Below are positions 49,393 through 62,596 of a DNA stretch of 64,000 nt, in pieces. The position numbers were made by a program, and so were the translations under genes. The stretch lies in the NCBI GenBank assembly GCA_002633005.1, contig NMRA01000147.1, positions 248,001 to 312,000 on the forward strand, given 5' to 3'. Under the pieces are notes generated by a model that saw only the letters and a list, made by a program, of their open reading frames with translations, was not told the origin of the DNA and ran no database searches. The DNA is from Phoronis australis (Eukaryota > Animalia > Phoronida). Every line of letters begins with the position of its first letter. Within the stretch, counting starts at the first letter, position 1.

Positions 49393-52009
49393 TTAAGTTG
49401 TTTATTACATTTTTCTACAAAATTATAAGATAATTTATTCCCAGGTATGACGAACACAGATATCAGCTATTTTTATATTGCAGAGAACGTCCTAGTACCC
49501 ACAAAATGTTTTGCCGGACAAGAAATTGATGCTTCGATGGCAAAACTAAATAATCCACTGCCATTGTCGCTGTTATTTAAAACAATCTATCTGATTTTAA
49601 TAACGGTTACTGACAGCTACGGCGAATAGCGCATACAAACGAACGGAAACAACTCCAGTATTGTACCTCCCGGATGGAGGCTTTACGTCCCTCCCGTACA
49701 GAAAAGTGGGTTTACTGGGGTTAATATGTGCATTTCTGAGGCGATGAGAGTTTTCTGGGGGGTTGTGAGTTTTCATGGTGCTCTTCGGTACGTACACCTT
49801 TTTAAATATTTGTAACACCAGCGCATGGTTTATGGCAAAGTGTTCTATGTATCGATGAATTTGAATCCCGCTCTGATAAATCTGCAGCTATGATCAAGGG
49901 GTTCGGCAAATGAGATTGACTCCTCAATTCTTGACACAGAAACGCGTCTAAGTACGTGTACGATGTTCGAAGAATGCGTATAAACAACGGCAAATTGAAA
50001 ACAGGGTTGAGATAACGAAATAATCGACCAAACCAAATCAAGAACAGCTTTCCTTGCTGTACAATAGTTAACATCTATATCCCTGGGAAGCTCACTATAG
50101 TTACTCTCTAACCTAAAGTATAAAAGCTATATTGCGTGCTGTTTATTAGGTAAAATGATCAATATCGTACTATACCCCGTCTTAGACAATGACGAGTGTC
50201 GAACTTTTTAGTTAAATTTTGCAAAAGCGTCACAAAAATAGAGTCGTAAAATATGGCAGTTAATTGTTGAAACACTTTTTGTCAATTGTTGAAACACTTT
50301 TTTGTCAATAGTTATACTGTGGCCTGAACAAGGATCGTATATTTACGTTTTCATTTTGACTGATAAAATGTTCTCATTATTTTATCTTATTTTCAAGTTT
50401 GCCAATTTGACCAGCCGAACCAGCGTTAACATTAACTTTAAGGCAAGGGGGGTTGTGGTGGAGATGGGATTTCTAATGTCTAATTCCGTAACATTCTCCC
50501 GGAAAGAACTTTATCAGAAGTAACTCTACAGCTGCGTTTTACTTAACATTGTTACCCTCGCTGCACCTAGCCTTTTAAAAATCCAGTAACCCCCCGGGGG
50601 TTTTGATGAAACCGCCCATACATGCAAGTGTTTGCCAATTAAATTTAAATGCGTCGCCACCCCGTGTGTACTAACGACTGCTCAAGGGCGAATACTGTTT
50701 TGGAAACAATTTAAAGATGTCTTATCAGAATAAATTTCATCGACTGAATTATTCTCCATAAAAATTTCAAAAAGATGTTTTACTAAAATGAAGCACGTGT
50801 TAATAAAACAGTGGCAGACAGACTGATTAAAATGAATATACAGCATTTCGATAACCACTTTTTACACCGACGTCTACTTCCTGCAGAATCATTAGGTGGC
50901 GTATTAGTTTGTGTTATCGCAAATGCAAATACATGTAAAAAGGTTTTAGCCTCACTTGGGACAGCTGTTATGTCAGTCACAAGTTGTTCAAGTCATATTA
51001 TAAACTTCAGACCACCGAAAATCTAAACTACTCTTTTAATAATATACTCAAAACATTTTCATTTATTTTTCTGAAATCAATAAAAAAGTGAGAGAGTAAA
51101 GTAAGATACCCGTGCCTTTCGGTATGGATGGTGTAAAACCTTTGGCTTGTGTATGGAGACGAGCCAACGGAAATAATTGTCAAGTAAAAAGCCGGTGAAA
51201 GAGGATACGGCAAAACCTCATTAAATTTAGGGCACACTATGACTGACGAGTAAAATTTTATTTGTTGACTCCTTGATGAAAGATATGTAGCACAAAATAA
51301 ACGCAATATCATGTACCACGAGACTATAATTCTGAGAAATTTTGGGATTCGTCACAATGTTAGACACCTTTTGAAAAATCAAAAAGCTAACCAATTCGGG
51401 CAATTTTTTTTCCAAAATTGTTGAATGTTCCCGTATTTTGTGCCTTTCAGTAGTTCGTCCATAATGCTTTTGAACACAGACTTAAAAGAGATCAACTACG
51501 TTTCATGACCTGAGCTAGAGTGAAACATGTAACGATGACAGAGCGATGGATACTAAAACTTTCGAGAGTTTACGCAATACCTGCATTTCAACTGTAGAGC
51601 ACAAACGTATGTACGAGCAGGAGCAGTTGCCACAGAGCAGGTGCAAAATTAATCATCATTCATAAAGTAGATGTTCATCAGTGATAATTAATTCATGAAT
51701 GCTTCCATTCCACGGTTAAAGGTATGCGTGTGTATGAGGAATTCGGTCTCAGAAAAGCCGTTTGAACTAAATACTTTTTCTAAACGAGAGGCACCTTAAT
51801 CAGATAAACTTTTAGAAAAAAATGGATAAGTGAATCGTAGAAAAGTGCTTAAGAGAATGAAACGCACCTGAAAATTACAAAACACATGAAGCTGCCACAA
51901 CCTTGCTTCTGTGAAACACTAACTTTTGATTAAGACCGCTTACAGTTAGGAAAATGGTATCAATTTGTGCTTTCTCAAGTTAAGTGCAGTTTCTGAACTT
52001 TAAAAAAAT

Positions 52010-52220
52010 GTAGGCGATTTGGTACACGTTCTACCAGACATGGAGAGGCCGCTCAGGTGGGCCTTTCACTGATCACCTGAAACCATTTTTAGTCTTTGTT
52101 AACTAATAGCTAAAACCGAGCTGAGGAGCTGAAGGATGTTAGTAGCAGTTTGTGCCCATTGGAACTCGAAACCACGAACTTGATTAAAGGAATCCGACAC
52201 ATACATGTATGCCTCATCTA
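52010..52220 (-). mobile_element. tRNA-derived SINE family B copy
   Basis: Contains CACTGATCACCTGAAACCAT...GCTGAGGAGCT...AACTCGAAACCACGAACTTGA. Confidence 0.6.
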
Positions 52221-52334
52221 GTCTCTGGACTTGGAAAGATAATGACATTACGTTATTGTTTGAGACCAACCTTCCGTTCAGTTAACGGTAGGACCTCGAT
52301 AAAAAACAAGACTTCGCGGGATTACGTGAGATAT

Positions 52335-53330
52335 CAGTGGCAGATCTAGGATATTACAAGGGGGGGGGTCAACATTTAGTCTGTAAACATTCGCTGAAAG
52401 CACGATTGTAGATGCGTATAGCACCGAATGGGGGTAGGTGGGGGAACATTTTCTGTTCATTCCTCTAAAATCAAGCATTTTCCTTGACTTCCGAAGTATT
52501 ATCCAAGAAAAAAGGCAAAAAAAAAAAAAAAAAACACGAAGGAGGTGTCACAAAGGAAAAACTGCAAATACCCCAGAATCGACCTCACGACCTGTGGGAT
52601 ACAAAGCGCGTGCTTTACCACTGCACCACCACGATTTAACTCCTAGTGTAATACTAAGAGACCTACTTGTTTATGGTCCACAGCGTTTGCGCGCGAAACC
52701 TCCTTATTTTGTAATGTTGATTACATGGTTTATATTTTGTGCAATCAGTTCATTACAGATTTGTTGTATTTAAAATAGTCTTCAATTGCCCAAAAGACCA
52801 AATCCGTTTTTTGTGTTGGCAATAACGACGTGATTGCTTTGGAAATCGTCTTAACTTAAGGTTTGACAAAGAGAGAATTATGAGTTTCTGAGTGATTCAC
52901 TAAGGCTTCGATTAAAATTGACATCTTACCAGCAGCTCCTGTTTTTTCATCATCACTCAGATTCCATTTTCTTTAAAAATGAAGTAATTTTCTTCATTGT
53001 ACAGTGGCGCAGACGACGGAAACGGAGTCGTAGTGCCCAGTGCCACTGCCGGTCACCTGGGATATCGCGGGTGAGCCTACATGTATACCCAGCCATACAT
53101 GTAGTTCCGTTACGATTGCGCCGTGTTCCGAATTTGACACTTGAACTTGGATCTGACCCCCACCCCCAAAACACTAAAACTGCACATATCTAAATCTTTT
53201 TTCAGCCGTATAATTTTAATTACCGGGGTTAATTAATGAACTCAACATTTCCCAACGCTCTTGCTGTTTTAATTTTTGCGGCAACCAAGGGGGGGGGGGC
53301 TGGGGGCCCCGCCCCCTAAATCCGCCTATG
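52335..53330 (-). mobile_element. Non-autonomous TIR element (family A), copy 2, with an internal tRNA-like segment
   Basis: Termini are CAGTGGCAGATCTAG and CTAAATCCGCCTATG, with GATAT on both flanks. It is a reverse-complement match to 61645-62596 along its length. Confidence 0.9.
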
Positions 53331-53532
53331 GATATTGCCCTGTACATGTATTTTGAATGAGAACACGCGACTTTGATTAGATTTTAGCTAGGTCTTAGCG
53401 TAGGTCCTAGCGTTGCTGAACGCACGCGCCAGGCTCATTGACTTGTCACGCCGAATCATTCCGCGTACGGAGCATGGTCTCAAGCAATTACAGAAATAGT
53501 TGCTCGCGGTCTGATACAAGGCAGGTCCAACA

Positions 53533-53700
53533 CACTGATCACCTGGAACCATGTTTATGCTTTATCATTATATTTAAGTGAGGCTGAGGAGCTAGGGGCC
53601 TGACTCAAGGGTACATGTAGCAGTGTGCACGAATGAAACTCGAACTCATGAACTTGAGTAAAAGAAGTGGACACGTATTCTACTAGGCCACACTGCCTCC
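53533..53700 (-). mobile_element. tRNA-derived SINE family B copy (best-preserved head)
   Basis: The minus strand reads GGAGGCAGTGTGGCCTAGTAG (A box)...GAGTTCGAGTT (B box)...GTGCACACTGCT...GTACCCTTGAG. Confidence 0.7.
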
Positions 53701-55164
53701 TCTCTGAAGCAATAACCGAGATCCCAGGTCTTTCCGAGCTCATATATCGCGTCTCACCTTAATAAGGAACAAGTTGAAATCAATTATATGGCGGTAAGTT
53801 GTCTATGTTAACCGTTCCTTTGATGTAGCTCGCTAATGTTATTTCTCGCTTTTACCAGTAATGTATGCATTACTGGGAAAAGCAAAATAATAAAATCACT
53901 CCTAGTTGCTTCTCAGATTGTTTCAGTCATTCCATTAGTGTTGAGGATTTTTTCTACACGTAGTTTCGCGTGTGTATTTCCAGCTGATACTCTCGCCGAG
54001 TGAAGCCAATAAAAAGCTTAATTAACGACTTTGCCGAACTACCAGGAAATTGGCTGTAGCCTCAGTGAAGCAAAAGACGATAATCTATTTTAAGCTAAAT
54101 TAGAGCGTTAAGCAACATCTAGCGTTTATTAGCAAAACCCGTATTTAGATACGTGAAACTTCATACTTTGATTTTGTTTTTAGATATTTGAAACACTTGA
54201 CATGAGGATCCAATTCCACGAAGTTCGAAAGAAAGGACTTAGCATTAGCTGTGCAAATTGGGCTAAAATGTTTCTCTGTGTGCTCATTGTCCTTACTAAT
54301 AGCTAGCCAGTGGCCCATTCGTGGACTTGACACCTTTCTGTAAGAATTTCTACACATGACTTATATGCCAAACAATGCATTATTAACCTGTTAAAAACTA
54401 TCTCTACATATCATCATCATCAACATACTCTAAAACCGAAAGAAACATTCATTAATTTAAAAACATTCATTGCAACCATTATAAGACTTGTCATTCATGC
54501 ATTTGTAAATTATGTATCATAACGACAGATCCAATTTCCACCTGATATGAGTTATAATAACTTAGAGTCGCATCATGGCATAGCGTGGACTGGTGTACAC
54601 GCGAGCATAAAAACCGCGTTATTTCCGATTGGTGCTATTTCAATTACTTTGCTTTTCATTTTGCTAATTAAACTAACTCCCAAGTTACTTTCTGGTTATC
54701 TCACGGAAATACATGAGCAGCGCACCTTCGTGAAAATTACTTACGGCGAAATCCATGCAGTTTTTGATAGTGTTATCAGGTGAGTGGTTTGATTAATTTC
54801 CTAAAATACCAAATTAACGACTTACCCGTTGACTATCTTTTGAAGTTGCTGAATCTTGGCTTTTACCATTTATGACCTATTTTGAAAAGTTTGGAATGGA
54901 AATTAGAAAAAGATTTTACGAGCTTTCAAAAACTTTTGAATTTTTTTCGTCAAAAACGGCTATTTCCAATCAACAAAATAATTTTTGAAATGGGTAGGCA
55001 ACCTCATTAAGACCACGACTTTTCTGGGGACACCAATTAACTGTTTCCACGGTTATTTTAGAGAATACAAAGGCACGCGGCTTTGACATATTTTTGTACG
55101 TGATCAAAGATCAGGATTCGTTTCGATGAATCCCTTCCAAACAATTGGTGAATTTTGGGATAAC

Positions 55165-58100
55165 CAAATTCATTATCACGCCAGACGGTGATCAGGTCTT
55201 TGGGGACAGGAGTTCAGCGCCACCTACATGTGTACAAATCCCATGTAACGGGAGGTTTTAACGTACGGGTACAAACGATGTTTTAACACCTATCCTGCTA
55301 TCACAATGCTGGCAAATTTTTACTGCTGTGCGGTTATATGTACTAAAGCCTTACAGACATTTTCGAATGTGAAAAATGATTTGCGACAAAGCCAGTAGCT
55401 GCGGTTGATAAAGCGGAGAATTTCAATCTCAGCCATGGTCAAAAAGTTAAAATAAATTAGTGAACTTAAACTAAACAAACAGTGGGAGGGGCTGACAGTG
55501 GGCTTTATTCCTCTGCTTTTAAATTAATGAACCAATATGTAGTAATTGAATTGCTGTCCATCAAATCCGAGTTGGGATCAAGCGGAAGTCAATTTCGTGT
55601 TCTCATTACTCCAGAGAGCGCCAATATGAGAAGTTCCCTACTTGTTTCAATTTGAATTTGGCATGCCTTTATTCGCCAAATTTAGATCGAGCAACTTTAA
55701 AACGGAAGTAGTGTACATTTTGCTCTATAGCTAGACTCCTCTATTTTCAGAAGCGACTGTCGTTTTATTGAAGTCGCGGCAGTGAGGAAACAGAGGTGGC
55801 GATCGGCAAATGATTATTGTCAGACCAATCAATGTTTGGACTCGTAAGATTAAAATCTTTAAAGAATAAGCCATTGCAAAATATTACCAAATCTCATAAG
55901 TAAGAATTATTAGTCTTCAATAATTCTTATTCATACGTTATCAACGCGCTGATTTATATCCACACAATTGACAAATCTTCAGTTTTACTCATACCCGCCC
56001 TATTTTTAAAACTAAAACATATTAAAATTCATTTATTTAAAATCTACTAGATGCTTAAAAATAATTTATTTCTTTATATTTTCGTGATAGCAATTTTATC
56101 GAACACTTTTAACTTCATAGAAATCGGAGAACTGTCACAAGTTTTGTTGCTGATCAGATCAATTTCTGTCTTCCTTAGAAAGAGCAGTTGACCAAAATGA
56201 GAGAAATATCGGGTACCTTTTTATTAACTGTAACTTTCTTCCTCCTGATATTGCCGATAAATTAAACACCCGTAATATTAATGTTTTCTCAAAAAGTGCT
56301 AACAAATATATTGTAGAATCCAACCGGGTATTACGTTTACATTCTACTGTGGATTGTCTGGCTTCATTACTCGTGCATGCTTTGTTAGTCGGTTCACTTA
56401 ATATCCATTTATTGTACTTTGTTTTTGTTGTTTTCTAGGCTGTTAGTAAACAGAACGATCATATACTCAGTTATTGCATATTATTTGTAGTGTATCGTTT
56501 TCTGCATTACATGCAAGGATAAATTAGACTAGATACATTAATTTATCATAGATTAGACAAGATTAGACAAGATTATACAAGATTGCTTTTTTGAATTGTA
56601 TTGCATTTTAGATAGTTATCTTGAAGCGGCAACAGTGTTTGTCTCGCTGGTCCCCTGCCGCTAGGTGGTAGCCAGCACGCAGGTAGCAGACAGTAGCACG
56701 CGCTTTATAATTGGTTGGTGTAACCTCGGCAGTCATTGGTTAGCTTTACAACAAAGTGAGAAAATGGTGGACTATGAAATATTCTTAGCTTTATCATGTG
56801 CCGTAGCAGCAACTATTTGTTTCTGCAGGAATGTTTAATAGCAGCGTACTTGAAGTACATGTGTGTACATACCTGTATCATAAATACGCCGTCATCTGGC
56901 CCATTTAACCGGTGTACAGTGTTATTCATACTGTATGAATACAGGACAGCAACGTAAATAAAAGTCAGTGGTAGTAGAAATATGCACTCCGAAAAGAAAG
57001 GCGCAATCACGATTTTCTAGGATTCACATTTCTTGAACATGAATTTTAAGTGCCGATTTGTCTGTACAACAGACCACATTTTACACTTCCTCTATAAGTT
57101 ATGACAGTTTGTTTGCATAAAAGGCTGCCTGTTGAGAATTCGATCAGCCATTTCCGTCACTTTTGACCTCCTGACCCTTCCTGATCTTGTAAACTAAATT
57201 AATCTCATCATTCAGATTTTGTGTGACGTCATGAACAATATCCGAAGGCGGCTATGATTGGTCTGTAATTACAAATGAATAAAATTTCCGCTTCTGAGTT
57301 GTCACGGACTGCACATTTATTATCGCCACTGGGATCGCTAGTAGCATTTGTCGTTCGGGTCGATATCTTAACTTGTGATTGTTTGGGAAATTTTAGGTCG
57401 ATATGTTGGTGACAGTCGTCGAAAACCAGTGCGATTAATCAATGATGGCTTTTGTAACTTCGGGCACACATTTCGTTCCAATTTACGACTGAATCACATT
57501 GCTTTTATACGAGTTGGCCTATGGGGTAATTGACGTTTTCCTAAGTTTGTATACCGTTACGGGTGAGGATGAAATCCGAATTCCATGAAGAATCAATGCA
57601 TGCTTTTTCACGTTTATCTAGGATTAAATAGCAGTGAGACTGAACCCCTGCTTTATGTCGCGTCACAATAAAAGTCGACCTCAGAGCTCACGCTCACTGC
57701 CCTTAGTCGGTCGACTGGAATTGGGTGTACTGAACCACTTTCTTCCGTCAGGTAGACGTCCTTGCTTAGATTGTGGTATGACGTAGCTGTTACGTATGCG
57801 CGTGGTTTTGCAAAAGTTTAACCTTTATGGTAACCCTGTTCATAATACCAAGTTCTGTGTATGTGCCGAACGACGAAATTCTTCGCAATGGACTGTCTGA
57901 GTTAAATTTGGACGGCTTCCCAAGGGCTGTGTGCGCGTCAGGGTCGTTGAATATTCAATTCCAAGCATGTCAATAGAAGGCATTTCATATTGGCGCTCTC
58001 TAGAGTAATGAGAGCACGGAAGTGTCTTTCGATTGATCGCGACTCAAATTTGGTGGACAGAAATTAAATTACTACATAGTGGTTCATTGATTTAAAAGCA

Positions 58101-58507
58101 AAAAAGGAAAAAATATCCACCGTCAGTCTCTCCCATTGTTTGATTAGTTTAAGAGGACAAATATATTTTAGCTTTTTAACACCGGCTGGGATCAAAATTC
58201 TTGCGCTTTAACAGCCGCAGCCTCTGTCTTTGTCGCGCCGGATGTTTCTTCGCAGTGGGAAATACATGAAAATTAATATCCTTGTTCATACATTGATATT
58301 TCAAACGGTTTGCCTTTTTCGTAAGACATTAGTAAATCCCTCCGCACATCAGTGGAAATTTTCCGACATTATATTGACAGGGAAGGTGTGACAACGCTTT
58401 TTATGCCAGAAGGTTGACACCTCCTGTTCGCTTTACATGGGATCTGTGGGTAGCGCTGAACGCTTGCCACCAAAGACCTGGTCGCCGCCTAGCGGATTAG
58501 TGAATTT
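55165..58507. repeat. Long diverged inverted repeat: arms ~55165-55640 and ~57975-58507, spacer ~2.3 kb
   Basis: For example CTCATTACTCCAGAGAGCGCCAATATGA matches the reverse complement of TCATATTGGCGCTCTCTAGAGTAATGAG. CAGGTCTTTGG, CCCATGTAA, GCGACAAAG and ATGAACCA.TATGTAGTAATT are mirrored in collinear order. Confidence 0.75.
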
Positions 58508-61500
58508 CAATACGGTGCGGCCATTTCGAACGTCAGATATTAATCAGCGCGTTCGAGTTCCACTCGTAAGCGCGTTAGGTGAACGCGTAAATTAAAAATT
58601 CTTCTGATTTCTGACCCAATAAACATTTACTTACAGACGCTGGGACGTTACAGATTCCAAGAACGGGTTGATTATTTAAATTGGTACGCATCCGTAGCGA
58701 ATATGGCTACTTGACTTTTTCATTGATGCGTGACTTCAGATTATGGCAGAAGTAGTGTAATTCGTTACGGTTGCTGTCTTTTTGCTATGTTGAAGTCGGG
58801 TAATTGACAAAACTAATTCCAAATGAGACATGATCCCAGAGAAGAACACTATGATTCACTGCCAGGGACTTACCCTGTGATTGAGTGGTACTGAGCTCTT
58901 AGTGGTATGAGGATGGAAGAACGGTTTCAGACACCACGCACAGCTAAGACTATGCATGGAACATTTCGTTTTTTGGACTACGTTGAAAATCTGACCAGCC
59001 TTGAAACATGTCGAGCTAACAAAAATTATTTTATAATTCATTGACGTTGTGCTTGTTTGTTTGCAAGTTCACTACCGAAGTTTTGTAATGGTTATTAGAT
59101 TTTGAATTCAGAGACTGATTTAGGACGCTTGCCATATATAATTAACAACGAACGACAACATTTTCCCATATATGTGTATGCGATACGGTCATGGAATACG
59201 CCGTAAAATACGTCACTAAATACGATAAAGCAAAGCCAGTGTGTATTCAATGGCTGAGACCGTATTTCATGGTTGATGTACAATCCCGTGGTAGAGTAAA
59301 TCCGTGTGTACAAAGGCAAATTTAGTTAGAGTTGTTCATTTGCGCTACTTAAAACATCCATTAAAGATTTCGTTTCCGAGAAAGTAGTTTTACTGTTCTA
59401 AATATTATCAACTTTCCTCAGCAAAGATATACCAATGAAAATTCCGACGCGCGGTGACCAGACCAATATTTTTAGGCTTCGCTATACTTAATCTGGTCAT
59501 CAAGATAGGTGAACTCCCTACACCTCGTCTCCAACAGAATCAGTCAAAAATCTAATTCAAATAAAACGAAAACGTTTCGCATCTAATATATTTACACTGT
59601 GAATTAAGATTTCTACAGGATTGCGACGTAATCATCGAGTATATATTTGTACTCACACAATCTTCTGGTCGCAACCTTCCTATACTCTACCTTCTCTTAC
59701 AAAGAGTCCTTAGTTTAGCTCAAGTTCAGTGAATCATCCACACGCCACTAAACTCAGTTTCCCTCGTTATTTTCCGGTGCTGTGATCAACGGAGGAAATA
59801 CGTCTATCACTTTTTCCATTCCAGAAGCTAAGAAACTAAAAATAGACCTAGAAAACTTTAAAAATCCTCGAAGCTAAACGATACACAGCTGGGGAACTGT
59901 TCAATTATTGTTTCAATTTTTTATTCCCTGATGGATTGTTTCTAAGTTTCAAAAGAGCCTGTAATGTTATTGAATGGTTCATTGTTTTTACTTGAATATT
60001 TCACAAACTGAAAATTCTTGTCAATGTATTATGGAGTAGAAATTTACTGGCTTTTCAACATCGCGTCTTAATTGAAGAAACGTTTGTCGCTTAAGTGGAG
60101 CGGGAAGGTGTAGCGTACATATACATCTATGGCATCCTATAACAATAAGCCACAGCATATTTGGCAACAAGCAATCAGACATAAATACACTGTAGGAGTA
60201 CTGCCGTGATGTCCTATTTCGAATTCATTTCACCTTTGGTCTCGTTGAGACATTTCCAGATGAAATGAATTCGCGATAGGATAGCAGTAGTATTCTGTGA
60301 ATGTGAGATAACCTACAGTATGTACTGCATAGAAGACCTGGGTCCGATGAAGTCAAAAGTTTAGAATCGGAGCATTGCAAATTAGGGACGTAAACAGGTC
60401 TAAATAAAGAAACCGTTCTTGGACTCTGTGACGTACCTGTCTTTTGTTGCGTTGCATCGTGACGCGAACATTCACATTCGCAGCACATTAATCCGTTATT
60501 AAATATATTAGGGTATTAATGAGACAAACATGTGCGCATTGACGTGTTAACCCGCACGTGTTAACTACCGCCAGGCCTGAAATACCATATAATCTGTTGG
60601 TAATAGTTATCGGTGCACCATAGGAACAGACCATGAATGACATTTATTTGTTTTTGTTTTTGTTTTTGTTTTGCCTCTAGCAAGTTGGCTAGAGTTCATA
60701 CATATTGCGCAAACTTCAGCAAGACTGAACCCATTTTATGTACTTAATCATCCGAGGCGCGTGGGAGGTACTCACTCTACAATATAACAAGTCACAGCAT
60801 ACATCTTACCAAAGCTGACCACTCAGAGCTAACAAATTCAAGACATCTATCCTATCCCACAATAATCCCATAATAGTTTTTTCGGACATTGATACCGACT
60901 GTGTCTCTTCAAGAGTGCGTTTTACTTCAGTTTCCAATCTATCAGTAAACTTTGAACTACATAAAATATAGCATTCATTCAAATTAATGCTTACCTTTTA
61001 CCCAGTTCTTGGTTTTACTCAAATGATTCGCAAGCAGGTGCATTCGCTTTCACCTAAATTCGGGAAAAGCCAGTTTCATATACGGGCGCGCAGAATGCAG
61101 TGCTGGAAGATACGAGCTCTTTATAAACCTGAACTCTACAGTGTTGTACCGAAAGCAATCAAACCTAGCATACATTACTTTGCCTCTTAAAATACCAGCA
61201 TTTGTTCAATGAGTTCGATAAATATCATCGAGGAAACATTTCGATCAAGTAAAGTACGCCGCTGTTTGTGTTAACTGAGGCACTTTTGCAGCGATAGAAA
61301 AACAAGTCCATAAAATTGTTAGCACAAACATATTTCAGATCAACTAATCTCGCGAGGTTGTATGGCGTTCAGATGTCATTATTAACGAATCCATTGCCAT
61401 TTTATTACATTTCTTTATTGAAACATCAAGTGCGCATCCTTAGATGACCTTGGATTTTATATCTCCGTGTTCGGAATTGACGGGTTTATAACGAAAGTTA

Positions 61501-61644
61501 CACAGCAGTATACAACTGTTTACAGATCATCAATCTACAACACGTGACGAATTTCGTCAGTCGATGGATATCACTAAAATACAAACATTTCGTGAGTTTC
61601 AACCCTGTTGTGTTAACTATTCAGTTTTAATTTTTGTTTAAAGG

Positions 61645-62596
61645 CATAGGCGGGTTTAGGGAGGAGGGTTAGGGCCCCCCATTGGCTGCCGCAAAAAATA
61701 AAACAGCAAGAGCGTAGGGAAATGTTGAGTTTATTAATTAACCCCGGTAATTAAAATTATACGGCTGAAACAAGATTTAAATGTGTGCATTTTTAGTGGT
61801 TGAGGGGGGGGGGCTCAGATCCACTTCCAAGTGTCAGATTCGGAACACGGCGCAATCGTAACGGAACTAAGGCAAAGTATGGGCTCTCCCACGATATCTC
61901 AAGCGACCGGCAGTGGCGCTGGGCACTACGACTCTATTTCCGTCGTCTGCTCCACTGTGCAATGAAGAAAACTACTTCATTTTTTAAAGAAAATGGAATC
62001 TGAGTGATGGTAAAAAATATAAGCTGCTGGTAAGATGTCAATTTTAATCGAAGTCTTAGTAAATCACTCAGAAACTCAGAATTCTCTCTTTGTCAAACCT
62101 TAACTTAAAACGATTTCCAAAGCAATCGCGTCATTATTGCCAACACAAAAAACGGATTTGGTCTTTTGGGCAATTGAAAAAAAGACTATTTTAAATACAA
62201 CAAATTTGTTACGAACTGGTTGCACAAAATATAAAACATGTAACAAGCATTACAAAAATAAGGAGGTTTCGCGCGCAAACGCTGTGGACCATAAACAAGT
62301 AGGTCTCTTAGTATCAAATTAGGAGTTAAATCGTGGCGGTGCAGTGGTAAAGCGCGTGCGCTATGTCCGCTGGGTCGTGAGTTCGTTTTTTTGCCTTGTT
62401 CTTGGATAATACTTCGGAAATCAAGGAAATGCTTGATTTTTAGAGGAAAAAACAGAGAAATTTCCTGGGCGGGAGAAAGGCAAACCTCCTCCCGACCTCC
62501 CCCATTCGGTGTTATGCGCATGTACAATCGTGCTTTGAGCAAATGTTTACAGACAAAATGTTGGCCCCCTCTTTGAGATATCCATATCCGCCACTG
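61645..62596 (+). mobile_element. Non-autonomous TIR element (family A), copy 3
   Basis: Termini are CATAGGCGGGTTTAG and ATCCGCCACTG. It is collinear with the reverse complement of 52335-53330. Confidence 0.9.

Noticed and set aside
52570-52636. Functional tRNA gene
   Set aside because: Only A/B-box-like motifs are present, I could not build a convincing cloverleaf, and it is embedded in a repeated TIR element.
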